The position numbers and the translations under genes are program-made. A DNA stretch of 63,972 nt, the filler included, from Gonapodya sp. JEL0774 (lineage: Eukaryota), in the NCBI GenBank assembly GCA_027604505.1. It is 4 parts of 4 records of this genome, joined end to end, with 100 filler letters (N's around TTAATTAATTAA, not from the genome) between each part and the next. Parts side by side here need not be neighbours in the genome. Positions count along the whole stretch, not along the records: positions 17,613 to 35,037 come from JADIIX010000271.1; positions 35,138 to 52,481 come from JADIIX010000272.1; 2 more parts are not named here. One strand, written 5' to 3'. Positions 27,220 to 36,739 of the stretch are shown piece by piece; position 1 is the stretch's first letter, and every line of letters begins with the position of its first letter. The notes under the pieces are model-generated. The model did no database searches and had not been told where the DNA came from. It worked only from the letters and a program-made list of their open reading frames with translations.

Positions 27220-27739
27220 TCTCGGAGACGGAGAAAAGGGAATTGCGGACGGTGAGTGTGTGTATAAATTTCACAGTGATGGGCACTCTGCTGATATACT
27301 GCGTATCCGCGTTCAACACTTTTATCAGAATTATAGTCGACTCGTGGCTCTCGACAGTCGACACAGAGGACGTTTGCATGTTTGACTCGACGGGTCTGGA
27401 ACCCAACTCGATTCCCATCTATTTTTGTGACTTCCTTCCAACTAAATTTCTTATTTTCCCGTGGGAGGTGGTTCCGGTGGAACTCTTTCTTTGTCGTCGG
27501 GTCAGGAATATTCAATGCAAGGGATCATAGTTACAGCTTACACAGTACCCATTGACAATTGTTCGTGTATACATAATAAAAATCGTTTGGCTGTTTGAAA
27601 TGCAACTTGTGTCCCAACAATGGATGCGTTTGTTAATTCAACGTCACATCGATAAAATGTATGGTTCCGGTCCCAATCTGACGACATCGGAAAGAAGCAA
27701 CAAAACACAGATCACAGGACACCATTTGGCAATCATAGT

Positions 27740-28798
27740 TCAGTGTATTGAAGGCGACCACGAGTCCTCAAGCGACAAGCTCTGGTTGAGCACTCGCGTG
27801 TCCACCTCGGTCCGCGCGTCACCCACTACCGCTCCGGGTAACCATCCACCCGTTTCCTCCAGTGGCGAGTTCGGGATCATTGTCAAGCTCGTCGATTTCC
27901 CAAGGGGTTGCGGCGAACGCTCGGTGTGCACTTCTCTTCCGGAATCTCCGTCGAGGTTCATTCGAGGCTGCTCGCCGACCGTCGGCGCTATCCTGACTGG
28001 GGACGGACCAACACTCGCTGTCGGGTCATGCGGCGGGATAACAAGCAGTCGGGGGAGAGGTGGGCTCGGTGGTGGGGAGTTTGGAGGCGGTGGGAATGAG
28101 GAGGACAGACTGGTCGAGGCAGAAGATGTCGGCGAGAGAGGTGGTTGCGAAGGAGGTGGGGGAGTGGAAGGGGTTGCACAAGAGCTTTCAAGAGGTCCAA
28201 CGTCTGATACAGTCTCCAAAAATGTGCCTGGATGCCACGGTGTCGTCGGAGGCGGCGAGGTCAAGCCAGTCTGCAACCCTGATCCGTGTCCCGAAAACAA
28301 CGAGTTCAAACTTCGTGCGGCTCTGAGAGGCCACTTGCTGTGACCCTCTAGTCCCAGATGGACATCAAGCGCGGATGTAGGAGTGGTGGAGGGCCCATTC
28401 GCTTGATCTTGTGAGGGAGACCTCACGTGCCCACTTGCTCGACTCTTGGGGTAGTTCGCCAACTTTTCTCCACTACTGGTGTTGCTAGACACGGGGCTTA
28501 CAGGCAAACTTATTCTGCGATCGCGAGAGCTCTCACGATTGATTCCCATGGTTTGGTTTCCGGGAGATTTACCGTTTGGAGTTGGAGGTGGTCCTTCGAA
28601 CCCGGCAGGAACCGCAGGGAAACTGCTCGCCGCTGAGCTCGTCTGACTGCCAACAGGAGACGATGTACTTCCATGCTGAGTTTTCCGCTTGAAGATGTTG
28701 GTGAGACTCGGCGGTTTGATATGCATTGGTTGAGACGGGTAGAGCAGGATCAGAGTGCCTGCAGTGATGAGACACCAAGACGAACCGATTGATTGCAC
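27740..28798 (-). CDS. Hypothetical Ser/Pro-rich protein (start may be the MHIKPP codon near 28726)
   Basis: 352-codon ORF, low complexity. Confidence 0.5.
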   Translation of the reverse strand: MQSIGSSWCLITAGTLILLYPSQPMHIKPPSLTNIFKRKTQHGSTSSPVGSQTSSAASSFPAVPAGFEGPPPTPNGKSPGNQTMGINRESSRDRRISLPVSPVSSNTSSGEKLANYPKSRASGHVRSPSQDQANGPSTTPTSALDVHLGLEGHSKWPLRAARSLNSLFSGHGSGLQTGLTSPPPTTPWHPGTFLETVSDVGPLESSCATPSTPPPPSQPPLSPTSSASTSLSSSFPPPPNSPPPSPPLPRLLVIPPHDPTASVGPSPVRIAPTVGEQPRMNLDGDSGREVHTERSPQPLGKSTSLTMIPNSPLEETGGWLPGAVVGDARTEVDTRVLNQSLSLEDSWSPSIH

Positions 28799-29270
28799 GA
28801 ATATTCGATGATGGCGATCCCGATTTGAATATGAATATGGTACAGCGATTTAAGAGTGGACGTGCGAAGTCTGTGCGTCGACAAATTGTGATCCCAATCG
28901 ATCGGTTGATGCCTCACTTCACCACCTGCCGGGAACAAACATACAAACATAAGGCATCACACCCAAAGTAAAGTTGCCAATTGTGCAGGTCAACAGTACG
29001 GAGTTTGCCGTGACACGGTGTTACAGTAGGTATGAGAGAAGTAGCATTCAAGACAAGAGCTAATGGGTGGTAGCCCTTTAGCTTCATAGATATAATGCGC
29101 AGACTACGAGTATCCTAGACATAGTGACCAAAATTGCCTGTACGGACACTATTAAGTGTTCAATAAGGTTATCGATCCATCTGAATTTCGCAGCGGCAGT
29201 AGTCCATGCGCATATCACAGCACACAATTCTGCCGTGACCACTTTACCCTTGGAAATCTATCGCGAATAC

Positions 29271-32201
29271 CTAAGACCCTCGAGTATCCTCCACCACCTT
29301 CTCCAGTTTCGATACTGCTGGCTCATCCGTCGGTGCCTCTCCATTTTTGCCGACCAATTCATCGCGGTGGGGTAACTTCGATCCATCGAGGCCCATCTCA
29401 ATGAGTAGTCCATCGGCCCATACTGCTCCTGGTTCCGCTGGTGTCTCAATGACAAGTGGAGATGGGGGTGGTGGTGCAGAGATGGGCGACGCGCGGGGTA
29501 GGTGAGCGATGTCGAACGATCCAGATTTGGTTCCAGATCGTCTCCTGATTGCGGCTCCGAAAAAGTCCAGTCGCAGTGAGCGTGGTCGAGACATCGAAGG
29601 TTGAGATGCGGGAGATGTCGGTGACGAAGGAGCTGTTTCATCCGGTTGTGGGGGTTCTCCACCAGTGTTGACAGATCCAGGTGCTGATTCAGTTGCCTTA
29701 TCGACTGGTACAGACTTGGCCCTGGATCGTCGGAAAGTATTTCGTCGACCTAAACTTCCGAACCAGCCGCCTCTGACATCAATTGCACTTCCGTCTGGGC
29801 CAGCTGCTGATGTGGCGTCTTTTGTTACCGTTTCCACTACGAATGCTTCGCCGTCCCCATCAACATTCTTTGCCACGCTCATTCTTTTGCGCCCCGGTGG
29901 TTGATCATTTCCTCCAGCTGAAAGGTGCCCCCCAGCATCCCCCCACCCGTCATGCGAATCGTAGCTCACGCGCCCCTTGACGCCGGAATGACCGAGCACT
30001 ACATTGGGGACAGGAATACTAGGCGGAATTGGTGCCGGAGGTTTCGCCACCGAGATGATCACGTGCGATGGTGCGTGATACGAAGGAGTCGAGGACCGAG
30101 GTCTTGCTCCACGGCGACCAGCCAGAGTAGAGGCAGACGATGTCTTCCGCTGGAGAGATGAAGAATCATAGTGGCTGCTGCTTCCAGAGTTCAGTCCACT
30201 TGTAAACGAAAGACGTGAATCTGGTCCGGCGAAAGATTTGCCCAATACGTCGGTGGGAGATACTGCGACTGCCTGGTGTTGAGTGTTTGTCGACGGCGCC
30301 ACTTGCAGGTCCAAATCTGGTAAGTCTCGTCCCTCTTCAAAGTTCCAGCTGAGTGAAGACGGTGCACCGATTGACGAAATTGATGTCATGGACGTTGTCT
30401 TTGGGATAGGACTCGCGGGGGGCAGTCTGTATCGCTCCTCGATATTCGAATTCGAGTACATGACAGACGAACCACCGAATGACGAGCGGGGAGCTGGGCT
30501 GCCGGACAAGCTTCGACGGGATGGGTCTTCAGTGGACTGACGAATAGCTGACCGAGGTCTCGACGAGGGAGTGGAAGGTCGACCCGAAACAGGGGACGGG
30601 GGATTCTGAATGTGCCCAGAAGACACCAAAGCCGGTGTGAGAATTTTAGGTGATGCATCAGTGGAGTCTAGGCCAGTCCCGCCGGTGGATATACGTGCGA
30701 GCGGTATAGTTGCAGAACGGGAGCGAGGTAAGACAGCCACCTCCTGGGTATGTGACAAAGCGGTTTGGGTTGCAGCGCGAACAGGTCCCTGAGACCGAGG
30801 AAGTGCATATGCGGATTGGGGGCTTGAAGAGTTCGCGGGGTTGTCGGAAGCCAGGGGGACGTGCGTGAGGTGTCGTGATGCTCGCAAGGAGATTGGCGAT
30901 GACGGCGGCCCATACTCTCCGCTCGTCGGGGACTCATTCAGCACCGCCATGTGATGTTCGAATGATGAAAATGCTGCACGTAAGCGTCCAACATCGGCAG
31001 ATTCAGGGAGGCGAGGCGGTGACATTGAGACTGATCCCGATTTACTGGACAATCCGCCCCCAGTGTCGGGCGTGCGAGAACGTCGATTAAGGGAGATTGA
31101 GCGTCTTACGACCGCCTGCGCTACACGTTCTTCGAAAGTTGACATGACACGCGCTAGACCGGTATCTGACAGGGTATCCGGATTGAGGTCTGGAGGAAGA
31201 ATTGGTAAAGAGGGTGGTATCGAAGGAATCGTTGGAGGACTGGAATGCCTGACTTGATCTGAGAGAGTGCGAGAGGATGCACCGTGTATAGTGGCTGCCC
31301 GACTCAACGACCGACTGCGACCACGGTTTACCGAAGAAGTGGATTCCGCCGTGAGAGACGAAGCAGATTTGGCAGAGGGCGTAGAGATACGCTTCTCAGG
31401 GTCCGTTACAGCGCGTGTGGGACCTGGGTTACTGATGGGCCTTGTACGACTCTTGGTCGCCTTCACAAGGGAGCCGGCTGAAGCATACCGGCGCAAAGAT
31501 GGGTCTGGCTGTTGAAAGAATTCGCGCGGGTTTGAGGTGGAGGCTTCACTTTGATCGATGGGTGTCTTTGAGATCGATTGAATAGCGTCAGCATCCTGGG
31601 TACGGCGAACATTGCCTCTCTTCCAAAATGCTGTCCGATGGCCCAACGAGCCAAGCGAAGGTGGCGTCCGGGGTACTTCGGCAATCTGGGGTCGATCATC
31701 AAACGACACACGCGATCGGGATGAAGGGGCAATGTGGGCCGAACTCGCAGCGGAGGGTGCCCTGGTGTTGTTGGTCGGTGGGGGTGGTGCGAGGTTGTCA
31801 GCATCGCCTATGGGTGAGGTGTGATGCAAAGCATGGTGCACTGTGGTCGATTGAAATGATGTAGCATCTACAACGGGACTTTGTGGGGGAGATGGATACT
31901 GCTGGTGCGAGGATGTCACGTCTGTAGGCGGTGGCATCGAAGTATGTTGTCCGGAGGGCGCCTCACGACTCCCGACAGGATTCCGTCTTGCAATCTGTGA
32001 CTTGGATCGAGATAGCACAGCTTCTGCACCCCGAAGACCTGTGAATCCTGCTTTGTCCGTGTTGGTTGCATGTGGCTTCTCAGACTGTCTCCCGCCACCT
32101 GCAACTCCATTACTGCGTCCGCGGGATCCAAAAAGTCCAAGAAACGATTTCAGTATCGGATGGCTGGATGGATCGGAAGCCGTGCTTGGGGAGGAAAACA
32201 T
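29271..32201 (-). CDS. Large, apparently intronless, disordered Ser/Pro/Arg-rich protein
   Basis: 976-codon uninterrupted ORF; no recognisable domain. Confidence 0.7.
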   Translation of the reverse strand: MFSSPSTASDPSSHPILKSFLGLFGSRGRSNGVAGGGRQSEKPHATNTDKAGFTGLRGAEAVLSRSKSQIARRNPVGSREAPSGQHTSMPPPTDVTSSHQQYPSPPQSPVVDATSFQSTTVHHALHHTSPIGDADNLAPPPPTNNTRAPSAASSAHIAPSSRSRVSFDDRPQIAEVPRTPPSLGSLGHRTAFWKRGNVRRTQDADAIQSISKTPIDQSEASTSNPREFFQQPDPSLRRYASAGSLVKATKSRTRPISNPGPTRAVTDPEKRISTPSAKSASSLTAESTSSVNRGRSRSLSRAATIHGASSRTLSDQVRHSSPPTIPSIPPSLPILPPDLNPDTLSDTGLARVMSTFEERVAQAVVRRSISLNRRSRTPDTGGGLSSKSGSVSMSPPRLPESADVGRLRAAFSSFEHHMAVLNESPTSGEYGPPSSPISLRASRHLTHVPLASDNPANSSSPQSAYALPRSQGPVRAATQTALSHTQEVAVLPRSRSATIPLARISTGGTGLDSTDASPKILTPALVSSGHIQNPPSPVSGRPSTPSSRPRSAIRQSTEDPSRRSLSGSPAPRSSFGGSSVMYSNSNIEERYRLPPASPIPKTTSMTSISSIGAPSSLSWNFEEGRDLPDLDLQVAPSTNTQHQAVAVSPTDVLGKSFAGPDSRLSFTSGLNSGSSSHYDSSSLQRKTSSASTLAGRRGARPRSSTPSYHAPSHVIISVAKPPAPIPPSIPVPNVVLGHSGVKGRVSYDSHDGWGDAGGHLSAGGNDQPPGRKRMSVAKNVDGDGEAFVVETVTKDATSAAGPDGSAIDVRGGWFGSLGRRNTFRRSRAKSVPVDKATESAPGSVNTGGEPPQPDETAPSSPTSPASQPSMSRPRSLRLDFFGAAIRRRSGTKSGSFDIAHLPRASPISAPPPPSPLVIETPAEPGAVWADGLLIEMGLDGSKLPHRDELVGKNGEAPTDEPAVSKLEKVVEDTRGS

Positions 32202-33052
32202 TCTCGGATGGCGGATATCGAGGGGAGAGCCACTTTACAAGGGGGACGTGAACCGAGAAACAGAGATATCGGCACGCCAGAGCAAAAATACAAGCAACAT
32301 CGAGCTATGAGTCTATCGTATGATTCCTGAGGACCTTTGACGTTGAACTTACAGCTATTTTCAGCTCTCCCAAGGATCGGCGAATTGCCCCGCGATACCG
32401 TCCCCGGCGATCTGACACGTATACAAGGAGTTTATTCGAAGCTTGAAGAGCGATTGCGTTGTCGTTTCGACTCGTCTCCGGATGATGGGCCGTTTAATGT
32501 ATATTGGATTCAAAATATACACAAACGGCGTCGTGGTGAAGAGTGTGGTACAGTTTCTCTCCCCGCGAACTATATCCCCGTCTCGTGAGAACAAACATTG
32601 AATATACAGTTCAATACCCAGTTCTCACTCGTCTTATGTCTCTACCTTGTGTCTCTTCCGGTGGTGTGCAGTCATTCTTTAAGAGTTGACTGTCGGACTG
32701 ACACCCTTATTGGGACTCAGCCGTTGACCATCTCAAACATTCCAGCCACCGACGTCCTAGCAGTCGACATCACCAGACCAAATGAGTACCACTTCACGAA
32801 TATTGATTACTGACTACTGTTATATTCAAAACGGATTTACGTTCTGTACCACTTTTACTACAGGACAATGCCTGTTATTAGTCCATTGGCACGTCCATTC
32901 TTGGATCTCGAATATTAAATCGCACTCTGATACTTTGGTTCCTTAGGCACCGGTTGACGAAGGTCACTCCGGCGGCCCACGTACGTACTGTGATCAATCA
33001 GAGTCCCATAACAAGAACCGGAACATTATGATCCCAATCAATGCGACCGCAA

Positions 33053-34350
33053 TTACGTGCAGAAAAGACCCACCACTTGAACTGTGTCCGGTGGTCCCAA
33101 ATTGTCAGAAAGCAGGCGGCTTCCTGTGCCAGGTCTGATCGATCTCACACTCCCCGCTGCTCTCTCTTGTCGAGTTGCTATCACCTGACTGGTAATCTCG
33201 GATGCACGGGAGTCAACGCGTGTTTGTCCAGAAGAAATGGAGTGTGACGCGGTTGGCATAAAGTCAGAGAGACGCAGGCAGTCCCTGTGAAAACAATATG
33301 ACATGATATGTGTCCCGCACGAACGGTAAAACACATCACGAATTCCCACAGTGGAATAAGCCCGTACGCTCCAGTGTCAACCTTGAACATACAAGTGCTG
33401 AGCGCGTCATGGTAACTGCATTTTGCAAGATGGATGACTCACGTTCCCGGCAAGCCCCCAACCATCGCGGACAACATATTTGACTTCGAGAAAGTTTCCC
33501 TACATGCTTCAAATTAGATAAAATCTTTAACATGTGCAAAGAAAACACACCACTCACGGGAAATACGGCTATTTCATCCGCAGCAGTGGGGTTGTAACCC
33601 CCCAGAGCAATGATCGGATTGCCGGTATAAGGAACCATCTTAGCATCCATCATACCCAAGGGACCGGCTATCCGCGCAAAAAACCACTATTACGAGGCAA
33701 GAGTGTGGGCAAGTTTACCGCGATGCACAGTATGGTACTCAAAGCTTACGTGCGGTGCCTGCCAGGATTACATAACAAGTTATATTGATGTTCACATCTC
33801 GCACTCCCACACGCAACGAAAAAACGCAAACAACGTACTTGCAGATTTGCCTCGACAGATCCTGAAACTGGTCCATGAATCGGTCCAAGGGGAGGAACGG
33901 TCTTGTCTTCCAAACGGGCGCGACGTCCACGCCTGTGGATAAAGAAAGCGGCCACAGAGAGCGCAATCACCGCACATCCCCCAACCACCGCTCCGACAAG
34001 CACACCAATAGATTGGGAGCTGTCGATAAACAGAGAGATCTTCTTAAATGTCGTTGGCGGCGAATTGCAACACGCCACCCACCTGTTCCCGGGGGAGGAT
34101 ACTTGATCAGCAGAAGTTAAAGGGACGGAAGAAGGGGCCTGGCTCTGAAGAGGAGATGTTGGTGGTGGAGTAGGGCCGACAGTAGGTGGTGGCGGTGACG
34201 AGCCAGGTGCTGGAGTGGGGCCGCCAGTAGGTGGTGGCGGTGACGAGGCGGGTGGCGGTGGGTAAGGGGGTGGTGTACGGTAACCAAACGGAGGGGGGGG
34301 TGTAGTTGGAGGAGGAGGAGGAGGAGATATGTGATCGAGACATTTTGGAC
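33053..34350 (-). CDS. Pro-rich stalk + TM + SH3 receptor-like protein, paralog of the 22865 gene; both ends uncertain
   Basis: SPPPPTGGPTPAPGSSPPPP stalk; TM IGVLVGAVVGGCAVIALSVAAFFIHRR; APH (9-nt exon 33750-33758)-WFFARIAG; YNPTAADEIAVFP-GNFLEVKYVVRDGWGLAGN-VDTGAYGLIPL-DCLRL. Confidence 0.75.
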
Positions 34351-34716
34351 GGGAGACAGGAGACAGGAGACGGGAGATGGGAGACGGAAGACGATAATGC
34401 GGTCCTGTTCCGGTTCCCGTGCGCGTGTGCGTGCGTGCGTGCGTGGATGGGTTTGGTGGGTGGGGTCTAGGTGGTCCAGACCCACCCTACCCCAGAGCAT
34501 CGTTTCGAGGCAGGGGGGCGAGGCTCCACGGCATCGGGGGGTCATCACTCCACATCCACCCCAATGCACCCACCGCGCTCACCGCGCTACCGCGTCGCGT
34601 CCGTCCCTCTCGCGGGTCTCGCGCACGTGTGTCTCTCCCTCCTTCACGCTCTCACTCTCCCGCCGTGCCGCACACTCTACCCATTACCCATTACCCCCAC
34701 CCCGCCCGGCCCCCAG

Positions 34717-34908
34717 CTTCCTCCGCTTCGACCCCCACTCGATCCGCTTCATGCAGCTCCGCTCGATCCCGCTGAACCCCTCCGCGGCCCGCGTGGGGCT
34801 GGCGGTGCGCGTGCCCGGCAGCGACGCGGGCGAGAAACTGGCAATCTTGAGCGGGATCGTGGCGAGACTGGACAGACCGGCGGCGAGTTATGGAGTCGGG
34901 ACGTATAA
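34717..34908 (+). pseudogene. NMA111: Isolated exon of an Nma111/Ynm3 (HtrA-like PDZ serine protease) gene
   Basis: FLRFDPHSIRFMQLRSIPLNPSAARVGLAVRVPGSDAGEKLAILSGIVARLDRPAASYGVGTY matches the Nma111 VGNDAGEKLSILAGxISRxDR region. Flanked by CAG and GTGAGT; no upstream exons recognised; gap downstream. Confidence 0.7.
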
Positions 34909-35037
34909 GTGAGTAGCGTGGGCGGGTGGGGGGGGGGGGGGGGGGGGGCGCGGGCGGGCGGGGGGGCGAAGTGGGGGAGCCGCACAGTTGGCTATGGGTT
35001 TTGGTTTGGGGGGAACGTACAACCCTTGAACCTTCCA

Positions 35038-35137
35038 NNNNNNNNNNNNNNNNNNNNNNNNNNNNNNNNNNNNNNNNNNNNTTAATTAATTAANNNNNNN
35101 NNNNNNNNNNNNNNNNNNNNNNNNNNNNNNNNNNNNN
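35038..35137. other. Assembly gap/linker
   Basis: N44-TTAATTAATTAA-N44. Confidence 0.95.
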
Positions 35138-35288
35138 CAGGCCCTACATACGTCTCTGACCTAGATACGCACTAACGTACCCACCCCCAGGAACCCCAGG
35201 ACAACCCCTCCACACGCACCACAGCGCGTCCTGGATCCACACCCCCACAATACACCTGGCCCGTCATCGTGATGGCGCGGGTCACTTG

Positions 35289-36500
35289 TCACCGCACCTC
35301 GATGCCCTGGAGCAACCCCTCGGTCTCGGCGTCCCACACATCTTCGACCTCGGCGTCAAGTGGGGATGGGGAGACCGGGTCGATGGTGGAGTCGCCGGCA
35401 ACGGTATCGTTGTGATGAGAGATGCGGGAGGATGGGTCCGCAGGTGGTTCGTGAGTCGTCATGTTGGTTACCCATCGAGGATGCGGTCCCGGGAGATGAC
35501 CCATCTGATTCGAATGGCCGAGCTTACTCTCGGCCACGTCTCCCATGTTTTCGGCCACCGTGCAGTGCCACCCAGCGCGGGCGAGAATGCGGCGGAGGGA
35601 GGTCCATGTTTGTGGTGTGAAGGCGCACTGGCGGATGGAGACGGTGGGAGTGGGGGAGAGCGAGCGAGGGAGGTTGCGTTGAAGTAGAGGGGACGTGGTG
35701 TAGGTGGTGCTATTATCAGTAACTAGGTCGTGGTTCTGGGAAGTATGGTCAGTAGTAGTGGAGAAAGCAACAGGAGTGGGATCCAAGAGGGAGCGATTGT
35801 GAGCAGGCAGAGAGGGGGACCGGATGCGAGCGAGGATGCGGGCGATGACCAAGGCAAACGCAGTTCCGTCAGTTGGGTGGAGGTGAATGATGTCTACTTT
35901 GGTGCAGTGGGCGTAGAGTCTTGATCTGGTGAACCCTGATGAGCCTGAGATGAGGTGGGCGAGAGATCTCGAGAACAAGAGAGCGCGGGTGAGTGAGTTG
36001 ATGCGGATTGACGAGTAGATGAGTGGAGTGGCGATGAGAAAGAGAAGACGGCATGAGCGTTGGATGGGGAGAAGGGCATCTTTGGACTTGTGGTGCTTGA
36101 TGGGTTGAGGTTTGACGGGGGAAGCAGTGCGGCATAGTGTGCCGGGAGGAGACGGGACAGGCGGCCTGTGCGGCAGAGGAGGGAGATGTGCGGCGCAGGT
36201 GGGAGACAAGAGATCTGTAGCCTGTGCGATCAGCTTGTGGAGGAGGGATGTGGTGTGGGGAGTACTGTGGCTGTGCAGCGTCGACGCCATCACAAACTCC
36301 AGAATGTGGCGGAGCAGCTCCGGAGGGAGAGAGAGCAGGGATGCGGCCACGGACTGTGGCTGTGGTTGAGAGTTGCGTGCGGTGCAGGCGACCAAGGGTG
36401 GGAGAACGGGAACGGGATCACCCGGGTCTGATGCGGTGGGTGTGATGGAGTCCTGTGCGAGTGTATGCGGTACGGCGGGTAGTTGCAGTGCACGGATCAT
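35289..36500 (-). CDS. F-box-like protein, probably continuing 3' into the gap
   Basis: SLLSLPPELLRHILEFV and RSCRLLFLIATPLIYSSIRI (typical fungal F-box region) in a 403-codon ORF. Confidence 0.7.
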   Translation of the reverse strand: MIRALQLPAVPHTLAQDSITPTASDPGDPVPVLPPLVACTARNSQPQPQSVAASLLSLPPELLRHILEFVMASTLHSHSTPHTTSLLHKLIAQATDLLSPTCAAHLPPLPHRPPVPSPPGTLCRTASPVKPQPIKHHKSKDALLPIQRSCRLLFLIATPLIYSSIRINSLTRALLFSRSLAHLISGSSGFTRSRLYAHCTKVDIIHLHPTDGTAFALVIARILARIRSPSLPAHNRSLLDPTPVAFSTTTDHTSQNHDLVTDNSTTYTTSPLLQRNLPRSLSPTPTVSIRQCAFTPQTWTSLRRILARAGWHCTVAENMGDVAESKLGHSNQMGHLPGPHPRWVTNMTTHEPPADPSSRISHHNDTVAGDSTIDPVSPSPLDAEVEDVWDAETEGLLQGIEVR

Positions 36501-36739
36501 CTGTGTCTCTGTCGCTCTCCCGTGGCTGTTGCTGATGATGCTGCGTGTGTGTGCTGTGTGGATGGCGTGATGGATGAGTGGCCCACTGATCGAATGATCA
36601 AAGGTTCTGCTGCATCCCTCGATCGATCAAGGACTCTCCCTCCTTCCCTCTCTCTCCCACACAATGCATTCATCCAGTATTACTCTCTCTTCTCTCTATG
36701 TCCACCTATGAAATCTATTATTCCTGCCACCCCACCCCT

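Noticed and set aside
27552..28343. 263-aa plus-strand ORF and many other antisense ORFs in the track
   Set aside because: Shadow frames of GC-rich, low-complexity genes on the opposite strand.
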